Source: Bacteroidales bacterium
Lineage (GTDB): Bacteria; Bacteroidota; Bacteroidia; Bacteroidales; P3
Assembly (NCBI GenBank): GCA_017962445.1
Contig: JAGCVI010000021.1
Location: 3,751 to 67,750 of the forward strand
Direction: 5' to 3'
Length of the DNA stretch: 64,000 bases
Part shown: piece after piece, positions 63,418 to 64,000 of the stretch
How positions within the stretch are numbered: the first letter of the stretch is position 1
Layout: every line of letters begins with the position of its first letter
The notes under the pieces: model-generated
The model's database searches: none
What the model was told of the DNA's origin: nothing
What the model saw: only the letters and a program-made list of their open reading frames with translations
Program-made: the position numbers and the translations under genes

Positions 63418-64000
63418 ATGAACAAGGTCGAGAGTCTTATTTTCCGTTTTTTCGCCCACCAGCCCACCGAAGGGCAGAGGAGAGCGTGCGCTGGGATTGT
63501 CGATTTCCTGTTCGACCCTGACCCTCGGTCGGCGTTCCTTTTGCGCGGCTACGCCGGAACGGGCAAGACCTCGCTGGTGGCGGCACTTATCAAGGCTGCT
63601 CCATATCTTAAAATAAAAACCGTCCTGCTCGCTCCCACAGGACGCGCAGCCAAGGTTCTGTCGGGCTACTCGCAGAAGAAGGCTTTCACCATCCACAAGA
63701 AAATATACACCACGGTTACCGACTCCTCGGGCAACGTTCACTGCGTAAGAGCCCGGAACAAACACGCATACACATTGTTCATTGTCGACGAGGCTTCAAT
63801 GATTGGCACCACTCCTAACGATGGATCTTTCGCAGGTCGACACTCTTTGCTCGAGGATTTGATAGATTATGTCAACGACGGTTCTCATTGCCGTCTTATG
63901 CTAATTGGCGATTCTGCCCAGCTGCCGCCTGTGGGCTCGGTCGACAGTCCTGCATTGTCGGCCAACTATCTGCAGTCGCTCGCCGATCTGAAAATCCACG
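63418..64000 (+). CDS. RecD-like / AAA_30 superfamily 1 DNA helicase, 3' end beyond the window
   Basis: Own translation gives MNKVESLIFRFF...QRRACAGIVDFL...LLRGYAGTGKTSLVAAL (Walker A)...LFIVDEASMIG (Walker B). The frame stays open to base 64000, so it is absent from the ORF track. Confidence 0.8.
   Translation, partial: MNKVESLIFRFFAHQPTEGQRRACAGIVDFLFDPDPRSAFLLRGYAGTGKTSLVAALIKAAPYLKIKTVLLAPTGRAAKVLSGYSQKKAFTIHKKIYTTVTDSSGNVHCVRARNKHAYTLFIVDEASMIGTTPNDGSFAGRHSLLEDLIDYVNDGSHCRLMLIGDSAQLPPVGSVDSPALSANYLQSLADLKIH

Noticed and set aside
63364-63765. 133-aa minus-strand ORF at the right edge
   Set aside because: The plus strand here encodes a RecD-like helicase with Walker A and B motifs and an open frame to the window end. 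The minus ORF is its shadow.

Overview
The window looks like a Bacteroidota (probably Bacteroidales) chromosome segment. The evidence is TAnnTTTG -7 promoter boxes, very short 5' UTRs, T9SS C-terminal sorting domains and an rplM-rpsI-rpsB-tsf block. Most of it is housekeeping: an ACAD/EtfBA plus FAS-II-like gene string, a LacZ-like GH2, rsgA, iorAB, prmC, rnhA, ribosomal proteins, tadA, apbE, yicC, rlmD, rpmH (missed by the ORF track), secG and a RecD-like helicase. Three accessory loci stand out. (1) An AT-rich island of about 10 kb (about 13.9-24.4 kb) holds a WYL (BrxR/CapW-like) regulator, a DUF1016 PD-(D/E)xK nuclease and a three-gene operon: a DUF3696-type ABC-like ATPase, a protein with a MIT_C/PLD-fold-like C-terminus, and a Cys-rich unknown. 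(2) Directly downstream is a retron-like module: a promoter, a structured ncRNA with an a1/a2-type pairing, a CACCCAUUAG branch-G context and a perfect 20-bp msd-type stem, a retron-type RT (YADD, VTG), an N-terminally truncated DnaB-C/RecA-fold ATPase and an overlapping zinc-ribbon protein. I do not recognise this accessory combination as a described retron type. (3) A translationally coupled pair lies at 35.8-40.7 kb. The first gene is a SIR2-like/TIR protein. The second is a 1164-aa STAND-type P-loop NTPase with one internal TM helix and 14 near-identical WD40 repeats whose variable positions cluster at a few sites. Several intergenic or intercistronic sites, and one coding site in rsgA, carry degenerate 7-bp or 9-bp tandem arrays that the gene models do not explain. 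No rRNA, tRNA, CRISPR array or integrase was seen. All functional calls come from reading motifs by eye and none was checked against a database.
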